Shown: positions 18,644-28,330 of the stretch, piece after piece
Layout of the letters: each line of letters begins with the position of its first letter
Numbering within the stretch: position 1 is the first letter of the stretch
DNA from: a virus
Taxonomy: Duplodnaviria; Caudoviricetes
IMG/VR virus record: IMGVR_UViG_3300032314_000513
Location: 20,380 to 84,379 of that record
DNA: 64,000 bases
Reading direction: 5' to 3' (one strand)
Position numbers and translations under genes: made by a program
The notes under the pieces: model-generated
Databases searched by the model: none
Seen by the model: the letters and a program-made list of their open reading frames with translations, nothing else
What the model was told of the DNA's origin: nothing

Positions 18644-18924
18644 TGAAAAAAGATAATTTTATTTGGTGGGTATTAGGTGGCGTTGGAGCTGTTGCTCTTT
18701 GGTATTATTATCAGAATAATAAAAAGAAAGTAACAACACAAGACTTAATAGTTGATGTTCTTAAAGAAGAGCAAGATAAGTATAGTACTCCTTTTAAGGC
18801 TGAGTACAATATAGTCATGCCTTCTGATTTAGTGTCAAAGAGAGTAAGAGAAAAAGGAGAACAATTAAGAGCAGGTAGATTTGAAATCCAACCTGATAAA
18901 GTACAAGCACCTTTATTTATATAA
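18643..18924 (+). CDS. N-anchored membrane protein
   Basis: FIWWVLGGVGAVALWYYY. Confidence 0.75.
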   Translation: MKKDNFIWWVLGGVGAVALWYYYQNNKKKVTTQDLIVDVLKEEQDKYSTPFKAEYNIVMPSDLVSKRVREKGEQLRAGRFEIQPDKVQAPLFI

Positions 18925-18925
18925 G

Positions 18926-19732
18926 ATGCAGTACAAATTGTGGACAAGATATGAACCTGTAATGGTTAAAGTTGTGGTAAAAACAAATTCACCTCAACTT
19001 ATTGTGTTAAAGGCATTTGACCCAACACAAGCCAATACAGTTTTTATGGAAAGGGAAAAAACCATTGAAGGAGTACAAGAGTTGTATGTAAGGATGCCAT
19101 TATCCCCTAGTTCAACTGCTCTATCAATTTATAATAAAAAAAATGGCAACTTACCAAAAGGTAAGGATAGTTCTTTTGAAGTAGTGGAAATTAAAAAAGA
19201 AGATTTGGACATTACCTTGGGTCAAACCAAAATGGACAATTCTTTAGTTAGGAATTTTGTTGCTTTTGCTCAGAAGTTTGCATTTAACGCAGGTTGGATA
19301 CAAGCTCCAAAAGATTATATAAGTACAGTAGGTGCTTTTAAAATTGAATACTTACCTTATATAACAAACAACAAAACAAATGCAAAGATGGCTACACCTG
19401 CTCGTATAAGTACCAAGAATGGTCGTATACAAGTGTCTCAGGAAGCTTTCTTACCATTTACTATTCCTATGAGAATGGCAATATTATTACATGAGTTTAG
19501 CCATTTTTATTTGAATAGCGATATTTCTAATGAGACTGAAGCGGATTTGAACGGACTTACAATTTATTTAGGATTGGGCTACCCTATCAAAGAGGCCTAT
19601 TCTGCTTTTATAGATACCTTTATTGGTTATCCTACAGAACAGAACAAAAGAAGATATGATATAATCAATAGGTTCATAAAGGACTATATTGAAGAATATA
19701 AAATAAAAGATGTCTACGCTGTAGGCGAATAA
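18926..19732 (+). CDS. Zincin metallopeptidase
   Basis: ILLHEFSHFY and NETEAD; start moved to ATG 18926 (MQYKLW). Confidence 0.75.
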   Translation: MQYKLWTRYEPVMVKVVVKTNSPQLIVLKAFDPTQANTVFMEREKTIEGVQELYVRMPLSPSSTALSIYNKKNGNLPKGKDSSFEVVEIKKEDLDITLGQTKMDNSLVRNFVAFAQKFAFNAGWIQAPKDYISTVGAFKIEYLPYITNNKTNAKMATPARISTKNGRIQVSQEAFLPFTIPMRMAILLHEFSHFYLNSDISNETEADLNGLTIYLGLGYPIKEAYSAFIDTFIGYPTEQNKRRYDIINRFIKDYIEEYKIKDVYAVGE

Positions 19733-19742
19733 AATTAAAGTT

Positions 19743-20270
19743 ATGGCAGATAAAGGTGCTTTACGAGTTTATACAGAATTACCACAATGGGCTAAAGGTG
19801 TTGTAGTCGTGGGTGGACTTGTTGTAGGTTACATAGCTGTTACTGCTATTTTAAGAAAGATAAAAGAAGCTAAAACTAAAGCAGAATCTTTAACAGAAGT
19901 TAACGATGCTACTAATGAATTACAAACTGAAGTAAAAAATGGTAAAAGACCAACAATAGCTAAAACAACTGTTGAAGCAATGGCTAATGCAATTGTAGCA
20001 GCTTCAAATGATTGTGGAACAGATGAAGAAAAAATTTATTCTCAATTTGATAAAGTAAGTAATCAAGCAGATGTTTTATTATTGGTTCAAGTATTTGGTT
20101 TAAGACAAAAAGTAAGATGTCCTTTCTCAGATGACCCTAGAGAGTCTTTCTTCTCAGCAAATACACCTCCAATGTCATTATCAGCTATGTTAAATTCAGA
20201 ATTGGATACAACACAGATGCAGACTTTGAACAATAAATTAGCAACAAAAGGAATTAAATATAAATTTTAA
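19743..20270 (+). CDS. N-anchored membrane protein with helical domain
   Basis: TM GVVVVGGLVVGYIAV; GTDEEKIY. Confidence 0.75.
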   Translation: MADKGALRVYTELPQWAKGVVVVGGLVVGYIAVTAILRKIKEAKTKAESLTEVNDATNELQTEVKNGKRPTIAKTTVEAMANAIVAASNDCGTDEEKIYSQFDKVSNQADVLLLVQVFGLRQKVRCPFSDDPRESFFSANTPPMSLSAMLNSELDTTQMQTLNNKLATKGIKYKF

Positions 20271-20273
20271 TAT

Positions 20274-20888
20274 ATGGCACTTTTTGAATCAGAAAAAAAG
20301 AGAGTAACAGAAGCAAGTAATAGCTATGCACAGAAATATCCTTTAAGTGATAACATATCTAACTTACAAGCTAGTGTTAATGCGGCTAATGTAGATTTAG
20401 TTGGTTTAAGAAATGAACAACCTGAAACTGCAGGAGGTAAGCGTGTAAGACAAAGAAACATTACTGCTTTATCTAATAGAATTATGCAGCTTCAAAATAA
20501 AATTAAAGATTTACAAAGCGGTATGAGTGGTAGTGATATTATTAAAATTGCTTATCCTTCTTTTGCTACTCTTCCAAAAGTTACTTCTCAAACTATTTTA
20601 GGAAGTACACCATATAGCTTTCAGATACCAATGTTGAATATGCCAAATAGCGTTAAAAATATAGCAAAATCAAAACCTGCATCAACTACAACTGATGCAA
20701 CTGATTTAGCTGATAGTATTGCAAATAACGATGGTGTGCCTGTAGGTGGAGAAGCAAATGGTGCTAAAGGTGATTATCCACCTCCTTATGGAGTTCAAAA
20801 TTCAGGAAGTAAATCAATATTATTGTACGGTGGATTAGCAGTAATATTAGGTTTTACAGCTTATTATATGTTTATAAAGAAAAAATAA
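20274..20888 (+). CDS. C-anchored membrane protein, paralogue of the next gene
   Basis: KYP...KRVRQRNITAL; C-terminal TM. Confidence 0.75.
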   Translation: MALFESEKKRVTEASNSYAQKYPLSDNISNLQASVNAANVDLVGLRNEQPETAGGKRVRQRNITALSNRIMQLQNKIKDLQSGMSGSDIIKIAYPSFATLPKVTSQTILGSTPYSFQIPMLNMPNSVKNIAKSKPASTTTDATDLADSIANNDGVPVGGEANGAKGDYPPPYGVQNSGSKSILLYGGLAVILGFTAYYMFIKKK

Positions 20889-20892
20889 TTAT

Positions 20893-21357
20893 ATGGCAAT
20901 ATTAGGACCAACAGGTAAAAAAATAGCAATAGGGGCAGCAGTAGCAGGTGGTTTAACACTTGCAGGAATAGGTATTGCTAAAAACGCAGAGCAAAAAAGA
21001 GTTTTAGCGGCTGAAGATGAAATGAAAAAGAAATATCCTTTCTCAGAAGATTGTCTTCAAATGCAACATATATATAAAACAGCAAAACTTACTTTGGCTC
21101 AATTAGAAGCTGAATCAGGTGGAGATGCAGGTGCTAAAAGAGTAAGAGCAAGAAATGCAGCAGCTTTAAAGAAAAGAATTTTAGAGCTTGAAAATTATAT
21201 ACCAAATTTAGATTGCTCAAAGGCGGTTTTAGCTCCTGATGGGTTACCACAAGCTTCACCTGCTCCTGCATCTAATATTACTAAATATTTGTTATATGGT
21301 GTTGCAGGTTTAATTTTATTGGTGGTATTTTCTAACTTAATGAAGAAAAAAGACTAG
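20893..21357 (+). CDS. Membrane protein hydrophobic at both ends
   Basis: KYP...KRVRARNAAAL; TM-like N- and C-termini. Confidence 0.75.
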   Translation: MAILGPTGKKIAIGAAVAGGLTLAGIGIAKNAEQKRVLAAEDEMKKKYPFSEDCLQMQHIYKTAKLTLAQLEAESGGDAGAKRVRARNAAALKKRILELENYIPNLDCSKAVLAPDGLPQASPAPASNITKYLLYGVAGLILLVVFSNLMKKKD

Positions 21358-21359
21358 TT

Positions 21360-22034
21360 ATGGCAATAGACATGATTGAAAATAATGAACTTGGTGCCCT
21401 TGCAAAAAGCAGATTAGGGGATACTAAGCAGTTTACTGATGAAAACCAAAAGTTTAAAAACTTCTCAGGTAATGAGGAGGTTTTTCAAAGAGTAGACATA
21501 AATGAAGAGTTTGAAAACCTTTTTGGAAGTAAAACATTCAAAGACAATAAAGCAAAAGCTACTAAAGAAGCTGAAGATTTTGTCGCAGCTTTACCAAAAG
21601 GTAATTGTGATGATATTGAAAAAAGTTTAGAAAGACTTGCTTTATACATTGAAGCTCAAACTAAAGAATTGGGATTAGCTAAAGGTCATGTTACTGAATA
21701 TCCTAAAAACAGATTAATAGTAGCTAGAAAAGCAGAAGCGAATTTAAAAATGGCACAATCTAATGCTGATTGTTTAAATATACAAGCTAAAGCACAATCT
21801 GAAGCTAAAAAAGCTGATTTGATAAAGACTTTAACTAATGTTTCAGAAGCTAGTGTTCAACAAGCAAAAACAGACCTTTTTGGCACTCCTGTAGGCCAAC
21901 CTTTGTACGCACCTGCTACAAGTGGTGAAGGGGCATTAAGTTCTGTGCAAAATGCACTTGGTTCTAATAAAAATTTATTAATTTACGGTGGAATTGGAGT
22001 AATTGCTCTAATTCTCTTATTAAGAAGAGACTAA
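21360..22034 (+). CDS. C-anchored helical membrane protein
   Basis: FKNFSG; C-terminal TM. Confidence 0.75.
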   Translation: MAIDMIENNELGALAKSRLGDTKQFTDENQKFKNFSGNEEVFQRVDINEEFENLFGSKTFKDNKAKATKEAEDFVAALPKGNCDDIEKSLERLALYIEAQTKELGLAKGHVTEYPKNRLIVARKAEANLKMAQSNADCLNIQAKAQSEAKKADLIKTLTNVSEASVQQAKTDLFGTPVGQPLYAPATSGEGALSSVQNALGSNKNLLIYGGIGVIALILLLRRD

Positions 22035-22036
22035 GA

Positions 22037-22528
22037 ATGAAATATTTAAAACCTGCATTGATAATTAGTGGATTAGGCGTAATTGGTTACGCCCTTTTCC
22101 GTTATTATAAGAAGCAAATAGATTTTGTAAAAGATATTCAATACACCATTTCAGGGTTAAAAATTGTTAATATCGCTAAAGAAGATGTTACACTTGAAAT
22201 ATTTTTAAAAGTCTATAACGCATCTAATGTCGAAGCTAAGGTTACTGAGATTTTTCTTGATGTAATTATGAATGGTACGAAAGTAGGTTCAATTAATGAA
22301 TCAACTGAATTTACTATTAAGCCAACACAAACAACTGAGGTAAGCTATAAATTTAGCTTTAACCCTAGCTTGGTTATTAAAAATATTGTTAATATATTGA
22401 CTTTGACTGTAGCATTGAAAGATGTTGTAATAGTAGCAGATGGATATATGAAAGTAAAGAGTGGTTTTTTATCAACAACAATACCATTCACATATCAAAA
22501 CACATTGAAAAATCTTTTAAAAAAATAA
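22037..22528 (+). CDS. Membrane-anchored LEA_2/WHy-like beta protein
   Basis: N-terminal TM; LKVYNASNVEAKV...VGSI strand pattern. Confidence 0.6.
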   Translation: MKYLKPALIISGLGVIGYALFRYYKKQIDFVKDIQYTISGLKIVNIAKEDVTLEIFLKVYNASNVEAKVTEIFLDVIMNGTKVGSINESTEFTIKPTQTTEVSYKFSFNPSLVIKNIVNILTLTVALKDVVIVADGYMKVKSGFLSTTIPFTYQNTLKNLLKK

Positions 22529-22531
22529 GAA

Positions 22532-22807
22532 ATGGGAGCAACTAATATTTGGTCTAAAACAATTACTAATGATTCATTAACTGTATCAGCTAGTCAAAAT
22601 GTAGTTAGAATATCAATTTTAGCTAGACAAGGACCTGTAACTCTTTTAGGTACAGCAACCTTTAATGGTGCTGCATCAGATTTAGTTACTTTTGCTACGG
22701 GCCAAGGTGTAACACTAACTGCAGCATCAACACAAAATCCAATTGATGGAGTATCTATAAATGTTGCAGGTGGTGGAATAGCAGATGTAGTATTATCTTA
22801 TCAATAA
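22532..22807 (+). CDS. Small all-beta protein, vertex or fibre-base candidate
   Basis: 91 aa of alternating strands just before the fibre genes. Confidence 0.5.
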   Translation: MGATNIWSKTITNDSLTVSASQNVVRISILARQGPVTLLGTATFNGAASDLVTFATGQGVTLTAASTQNPIDGVSINVAGGGIADVVLSYQ

Positions 22808-22836
22808 AAATATTAAAACAAAAAAAAATCATAAAA

Positions 22837-23235
22837 ATGGAAGAATTTATCCTATCGGAAACAAGAACAATTTTTAACAAAGCCATAAAAAGATTTGCAA
22901 AAGATAATAAGAAAGACCAATTAGATGTGTCTTTCCTTTTGCGTTTGACTCCTGAACGAGAAGTTGGTTATATGTATTGTCAAGACCATGCTCCATTCAG
23001 GGAAACTAGTATTAAAGAGATACTAAATGTTAGAGCTTTTGATATGAAGGGATATACTGTTTTAGTTCCCCCTCAAATCAAAAAAATAATAGAGAATTTA
23101 GAATCTCAATTAAGCTCTACAAATGTTGAAGTTTGTGTATATCTTGATAGAGAAGATGAAGAAGAAATTCGTTATTTTGTATATCAAGATGGTAAATATA
23201 TAAAGGAAGTTAATTTACTTGAATTGATTAAATAA
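22837..23235 (+). CDS. Hypothetical acidic protein
   Basis: In-operon ORF. Confidence 0.65.
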   Translation: MEEFILSETRTIFNKAIKRFAKDNKKDQLDVSFLLRLTPEREVGYMYCQDHAPFRETSIKEILNVRAFDMKGYTVLVPPQIKKIIENLESQLSSTNVEVCVYLDREDEEEIRYFVYQDGKYIKEVNLLELIK

Positions 23236-23241
23236 TTTGTA

Positions 23242-26200
23242 ATGAGTAGTACATTTTTAGGAGGAGATACTTTTAGTTTTATTAGTGGCGGTGCCGGTGG
23301 TGGCGGTGGAACTGATGGTTCTGCAGGTACATCAGGCGTATCAGGAACTTCAGGTACATCAGGTACTCTAGGTACTAGTGGTATAAGCTATGGCTCTAGT
23401 GGTACTAGTGGAACTAGTGCTTCTTCAGGTACTTCAGGCTCAACAGGTTTAACAGGTTCAAGCGGTACTTCAGGTGCAGGTGGTTCTAGTGGTACTTCAG
23501 GAAATTCAACTGCAGGTACTTCAGGTACAACAGGTTCAAGCGGTTCAAGTGGTTCAAGTGGTGTGAGTGGAACAAATGGTACAGCAGGTTCAAATGGTAC
23601 ATCAGGCTCTAGTGGAAATAATGGCTCTAGTGGTACTTCAGGTGCTGCAGGGTCAAGCGGTAATAGTGGTACTAGTGGTGTCAATGGTACTAGTGGAACA
23701 TCAGGTTCTACAGGTACATCAGGTTCTTCTGCCTCTTCAGGAACTTCAGGTTCTAGTGGTAGTGCAGGTACAACAGGTACGGATGGTAGTAATGGTACTT
23801 CAGGTTCAGCAGGTACTTCAGGTCGTGATGCAACTGCAGGAACAAGTGGTCGTGATGCGACTGCAGGAACAAGTGGTCGTGATGCGACTTCAGGTTTAGA
23901 TGGTTCTTCAGGTACTTCAGGAATAGATGGTACAAATGGTTCTTCAGGTACTTCTGCATCAAGTGGAACTTCTGCAACTAGTGGAGCAAATGGTACTTCA
24001 GGTACAGATGGTACAAGTGGTACTTCAGGTCGTGATGCAACTGCAGGTACTTCAGGACAAGATGCAACAGCAGGTACCTCAGGTTCTTCTGCAACAGCAG
24101 GAACTTCAGGTTCTTCTGCTTCTTCAGGTTCAAGTGGAACTAATGGTTCAAGCGGTACTTCAGGTACAACAGGCTCTTCAGGAACAGCAGGTTTATCAGG
24201 AGATAGATATAGAACGACCTCAAGTACTGAATTTACTTTATCAGGTTCAGGACAAATTACAATTACAATTGGTTTAGGCCTTTCTTACACAATAGGACAA
24301 GCTGTAACCATTGCTTACGATATTAACGACATTCAATTTGGTGATGTTGTATCTTATAATTCAAATAATGGAACTTTAGTATTTAATGCAACAACATTTA
24401 CAGGTTCAGGAACATACAACTTTTGGACTGTAAACTTATCAGGTGCTGCAGGAGGAGATGGTTCTTCAGGTACTTCAGGTTCTTCAGGAACAAATGGTAC
24501 TTCAGGTTCTTCAGGCACTAGTGGTACAAGTGCAAGTTCAGGTTCTAGCGGAACTACAGGAACAGATGGTTCTAGTGGTACAAGTGGAGTAGATGGTACT
24601 TCAGGTACTGATGGCTCTAGCGGTACTTCAGGCATTGATGGTACTTCAGGAACAGATGGTTCTAGTGGAACAGATGGTAGCTCAGGAACTTCAGGTTCTA
24701 GCGGAACTACAGGTACAGATGGTAGCTCAGGAACTTCAGGAACAGATGGTTCTAGTGGTACTTCAGGTACAGACGGAAGCTCAGGAACTGATGGTTCTTC
24801 AGGTACAACAGGTACAGATGGTTCAAGCGGAACAGATGGTAGCTCAGGTACAGATGGTAGCTCAGGAACTTCAGGAACTACAGGTACTACAGGTACTTCA
24901 GGTTCTTCAGGAACTAGTGGAACTTCTGCAACTTCAGGTTCAAGTGGAACTTCAGGTACAGATGGTAGCTCAGGAACTTCAGGCTCATCAGGAACTACAG
25001 GTACCTCAGGAACTTCAGGTTCTTCAGGAACAGATGGTTCTAGTGGTACTTCAGGCTCTAGTGGAACAACAGGTACTTCAGGTACTTCTGCAACAGCAGG
25101 TTTATCAGGAGATAGATATAGAACAGCCTCTACAACTTCTGCAACTTTAGGAGTTAGTGGTACTATAACAATCGGTTTATCTTTAGCATACACCTCTGCT
25201 CAAACATTTATAATGACTTATGATAGTTCAAACTATCAAATTTGTCAAGTAGTTACATATAATCCTTCAAATGGATTATTAACATATTCAGCACCTGTTA
25301 CAGTTGTAGGTTCAGGTACTTATGATGTATGGGTTGTTAACTTAGCAGGAGCTTCAGGAACTTCAGGTTCTTCAGGTACTTCTGCATCAAGTGGAACTTC
25401 AGGTACAACAGGTACTTCAGGTACGGATGGTAGTTCAGGAACTTCAGGTTCTTCAGGTACTTCAGGTTCAAGTGGAACTTCAGGTTCTTCAGCTACTTCA
25501 GGAACTTCTGCCTCTGCAGGAACTAGTGGTAGTTCAGGAGCAGCAGGAGATAGATATGCTACTACTTCAGTAGAAACATTTACATTAGGAAATAGTGGTT
25601 CATTAACCGTATCTCCTAATTTATCATATACTGTAGGTCAATCAATTATTATAGCTTATGATATTAATAATTACCAAGAGTGTAATGTAGTATCTTATAC
25701 AGCTGTTCCGGGTATATTATATTTTGATGCTCCTACAATAACAGTAGGTAGTGGAGAATATAGCTCATGGGAAATTAACTTAAATGGTGCTACAGGTGGT
25801 GCAGGTTCAAGTGGAACTTCAGGTTCTGCAGGAACTTCAGGAACTACAGGAACAGATGGTTCATCAGGAACAAGTGGTACAAGTGGTACAGACGGAAGCT
25901 CAGGTACAACAGGTACTGATGGTTCTAGCGGTTCTTCAGGTACTTCAGGTGAATCAGGTTCTTCAGGAACGAGTGGTAGCACAGGAACTTCAGGAAGCTC
26001 AGGAACAAGTGGTTCTTCAGGTACTTCAGGAGTAAGTGGTGCTAGTGGAACTTCAGGTTCTTCAGGTACAGATGGTAGCAATGGCACAAGTGGTAGCTCA
26101 GGTTCAAGTGGTACTGATGGTAGTAATGGAACTAGTGGTACAACAGGTACTAGTGGAACAGATGGTTCTAGTGGTACTTCTGCTGCTGATGGAACAAGCG

Positions 26201-26415
26201 GTACTTCAGGAGAAAATGGTACTTCAGGAACTACAGGAACAGATGGTTCAAGTGGTACTGATGGAAGTAGTGGAACTTCAGGCACAGCAGCAACAGCAGG
26301 TACAGCAGCAACTTCAGGATTATCTACTTTAATGGCAGGAACAAGTGGAAGTACAATTACTATTCCACCTGCAGAAGCAACTACTAGTACAACAACAACT
26401 ACTACAACAGTCTAA
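23242..26415 (+). CDS. Gly-Thr/Ser-triplet fibre protein with three internal beta-domains
   Basis: GTS/GSS/GTD triplets; three GDRY...SY...W.VNL.GA domains. Confidence 0.85.
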   Translation: MSSTFLGGDTFSFISGGAGGGGGTDGSAGTSGVSGTSGTSGTLGTSGISYGSSGTSGTSASSGTSGSTGLTGSSGTSGAGGSSGTSGNSTAGTSGTTGSSGSSGSSGVSGTNGTAGSNGTSGSSGNNGSSGTSGAAGSSGNSGTSGVNGTSGTSGSTGTSGSSASSGTSGSSGSAGTTGTDGSNGTSGSAGTSGRDATAGTSGRDATAGTSGRDATSGLDGSSGTSGIDGTNGSSGTSASSGTSATSGANGTSGTDGTSGTSGRDATAGTSGQDATAGTSGSSATAGTSGSSASSGSSGTNGSSGTSGTTGSSGTAGLSGDRYRTTSSTEFTLSGSGQITITIGLGLSYTIGQAVTIAYDINDIQFGDVVSYNSNNGTLVFNATTFTGSGTYNFWTVNLSGAAGGDGSSGTSGSSGTNGTSGSSGTSGTSASSGSSGTTGTDGSSGTSGVDGTSGTDGSSGTSGIDGTSGTDGSSGTDGSSGTSGSSGTTGTDGSSGTSGTDGSSGTSGTDGSSGTDGSSGTTGTDGSSGTDGSSGTDGSSGTSGTTGTTGTSGSSGTSGTSATSGSSGTSGTDGSSGTSGSSGTTGTSGTSGSSGTDGSSGTSGSSGTTGTSGTSATAGLSGDRYRTASTTSATLGVSGTITIGLSLAYTSAQTFIMTYDSSNYQICQVVTYNPSNGLLTYSAPVTVVGSGTYDVWVVNLAGASGTSGSSGTSASSGTSGTTGTSGTDGSSGTSGSSGTSGSSGTSGSSATSGTSASAGTSGSSGAAGDRYATTSVETFTLGNSGSLTVSPNLSYTVGQSIIIAYDINNYQECNVVSYTAVPGILYFDAPTITVGSGEYSSWEINLNGATGGAGSSGTSGSAGTSGTTGTDGSSGTSGTSGTDGSSGTTGTDGSSGSSGTSGESGSSGTSGSTGTSGSSGTSGSSGTSGVSGASGTSGSSGTDGSNGTSGSSGSSGTDGSNGTSGTTGTSGTDGSSGTSAADGTSGTSGENGTSGTTGTDGSSGTDGSSGTSGTAATAGTAATSGLSTLMAGTSGSTITIPPAEATTSTTTTTTTV

Positions 26416-26436
26416 TAAAATATAAAATAAATATAA

Positions 26437-28320
26437 ATGTCTTATTCTAATATTACCATAACCACTAACACAGGTTTATCATTTTATCCCGGCCAATATG
26501 TTCAGGTGATACATGATGAGAATAACTATATTTTTGGTCAAGTAGTAAGCTATGACCCTAATACAGGAATTTTTACTTTTTTACCTACAAATTTTTTAGG
26601 AGCAGGAACTTTTAATACATGGACTGTGGTGGCATCTGCTGTTTCAGGTTCAAGTGGTACTTCAGGTTCAAGTGGAACTTCAGGCTCTTCAGGTACAGAC
26701 GGAAGCTCAGGTACAGACGGAAGCTCAGGTTCAAGTGCAAGTTCAGGAGAAAGTGGAACTTCAGGTACATCAGGAGTAAGTGGTGCTAGTGGAACTTCAG
26801 GCTCTTCAGGAACTGATGGCTCAAGTGGTACTTCTGCATTAGATGGAACTAGTGGAACGACAGGAACTTCAGGAACTACAGGAACTAGCGGAACAGATGG
26901 TAGTTCAGGTTCAAGCGGTACATCAGGTTATGATGGAACAGCAGGAACTTCAGGCACTAATGGAACTGCAGGTACTTCAGGAGAAAATGGAACAAGCGGA
27001 ACAGATGGAAGCTCAGGTACAGATGGAAGCTCAGGAACATCAGGCACTAACGGAACAGCAGGAACAAGTGGAAGCTCAGGAACAGCAGCTACATCAGGTT
27101 TAAGTGGTGATTTATATAAAACAACAACAACTGATTCAATTGATTTAGGAACATTAGCTCCGGGTGATGGTATAAATATTACTGTAGCAACAGGATTAGC
27201 ATACACAATAGGTCAAACTGTAGTAGTATCTAATAGTATAACTGATTATTTAGAAGGAAATGTTAGTTCATACACATCTATTGATGGTGCAATGGAAATA
27301 TTAATAGTTACTATAGTTGGTACAGGTATATTTACTTCTTGGGAAGTTAACTTAGCAGGAGCAGCAGGAGGAGATGGTACAGCAGGTACTTCAGGCTCTG
27401 CAGGAACAAGCGGAACTAATGGAACTGATGGTTCTTCAGGTTCTAGTGGTACAAGTGGAGAAAATGGAACAAGCGGTACTTCAGGTTCTAGTGGTACTAA
27501 TGGAAGCTCAGGAGAAACAGGTACTTCAGGTACAACAGGAACATCAGGTTCTAGCGGTACTAGTGGAAATGAAGGTGCTGATGGTAATTTAGCAGAATGG
27601 TTATATAACCCAAGCCCTGATACTACAACAAATCCCGGAAGTACAAAATTTACATTAGACATTAACTCATGGGGAGAAACTGTAACTAGCATTGCGATTA
27701 GTGATAACGCATATAATCCTGCAGTAAATTTTTCTACATACTTAAATTTCATTGGAGCAAATACTGTTATTAGATTAACAAGTTTAATAGATAAATCTAC
27801 TTTTAAGTTTTTAAAAGTAATTACAAATACTCCTCTTACAGCAGGTTTTGAAAACTATGATGTAACACAAATTGGTAGTGGTGGTACTGACCCTGCTCCA
27901 AATGCTGTATTCTATTTTAATATTATTGGTGTAAGTGGTACTTCAGGAACAAGTGGAACTAGTGGAAGCTCAGGTACTTCTGCTTCTGCAGGAACAAGTG
28001 GAAGCTCAGGTACAAATGGTACAGCAGGTACTTCAGCATCTTCAGGTAGTAGCGGTTCTTCAGGAACTAGTGGTACAAATGGTACAGCAGGTACTTCTGC
28101 TTCATCAGGAACTAGTGGTTCATCAGGAACAAGTGGTAGCTCAGGTACTTCAGCTTCTAGCGGTACTTCAGGAACAGATGGAAGCTCAGGTACAGCGGCT
28201 TCTTCAGGTTCTAGTGGAACAGCAGGTACTTCAGCATCTTCAGGAACTGCAGCAACCTCAGGTAATTCATCAACATATAATGGTACTTCAGGAACAACAC
28301 AAACATTACCTTTGACTTAG
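26437..28320 (+). CDS. Second Gly-Thr/Ser fibre protein
   Basis: Same triplets; N-truncated and internal copies of the beta-domain. Confidence 0.85.
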   Translation: MSYSNITITTNTGLSFYPGQYVQVIHDENNYIFGQVVSYDPNTGIFTFLPTNFLGAGTFNTWTVVASAVSGSSGTSGSSGTSGSSGTDGSSGTDGSSGSSASSGESGTSGTSGVSGASGTSGSSGTDGSSGTSALDGTSGTTGTSGTTGTSGTDGSSGSSGTSGYDGTAGTSGTNGTAGTSGENGTSGTDGSSGTDGSSGTSGTNGTAGTSGSSGTAATSGLSGDLYKTTTTDSIDLGTLAPGDGINITVATGLAYTIGQTVVVSNSITDYLEGNVSSYTSIDGAMEILIVTIVGTGIFTSWEVNLAGAAGGDGTAGTSGSAGTSGTNGTDGSSGSSGTSGENGTSGTSGSSGTNGSSGETGTSGTTGTSGSSGTSGNEGADGNLAEWLYNPSPDTTTNPGSTKFTLDINSWGETVTSIAISDNAYNPAVNFSTYLNFIGANTVIRLTSLIDKSTFKFLKVITNTPLTAGFENYDVTQIGSGGTDPAPNAVFYFNIIGVSGTSGTSGTSGSSGTSASAGTSGSSGTNGTAGTSASSGSSGSSGTSGTNGTAGTSASSGTSGSSGTSGSSGTSASSGTSGTDGSSGTAASSGSSGTAGTSASSGTAATSGNSSTYNGTSGTTQTLPLT

Positions 28321-28330
28321 AAAATATAAA

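Noticed and set aside
26390-26460. Intron, frameshift or readthrough joining the first two fibre genes
   Set aside because: Clean TAA TAA, a short A/T spacer and a good ATG context, with no group I/II features. The same split recurs at other genes.
23300-28300. Repeats as a CRISPR array or non-coding satellite
   Set aside because: They are degenerate in-frame coding triplets with no fixed repeat-spacer structure, and there are no cas genes.
23388-28315. Long antisense (VPEVPLEP) and alternate-frame (MVLQVLQ) ORFs over the fibre genes
   Set aside because: They are shadows of the GGT/ACT/TCA triplet repeats, which lack stops in other frames. The same applies at 31861, 32930, 49881 and 51153.
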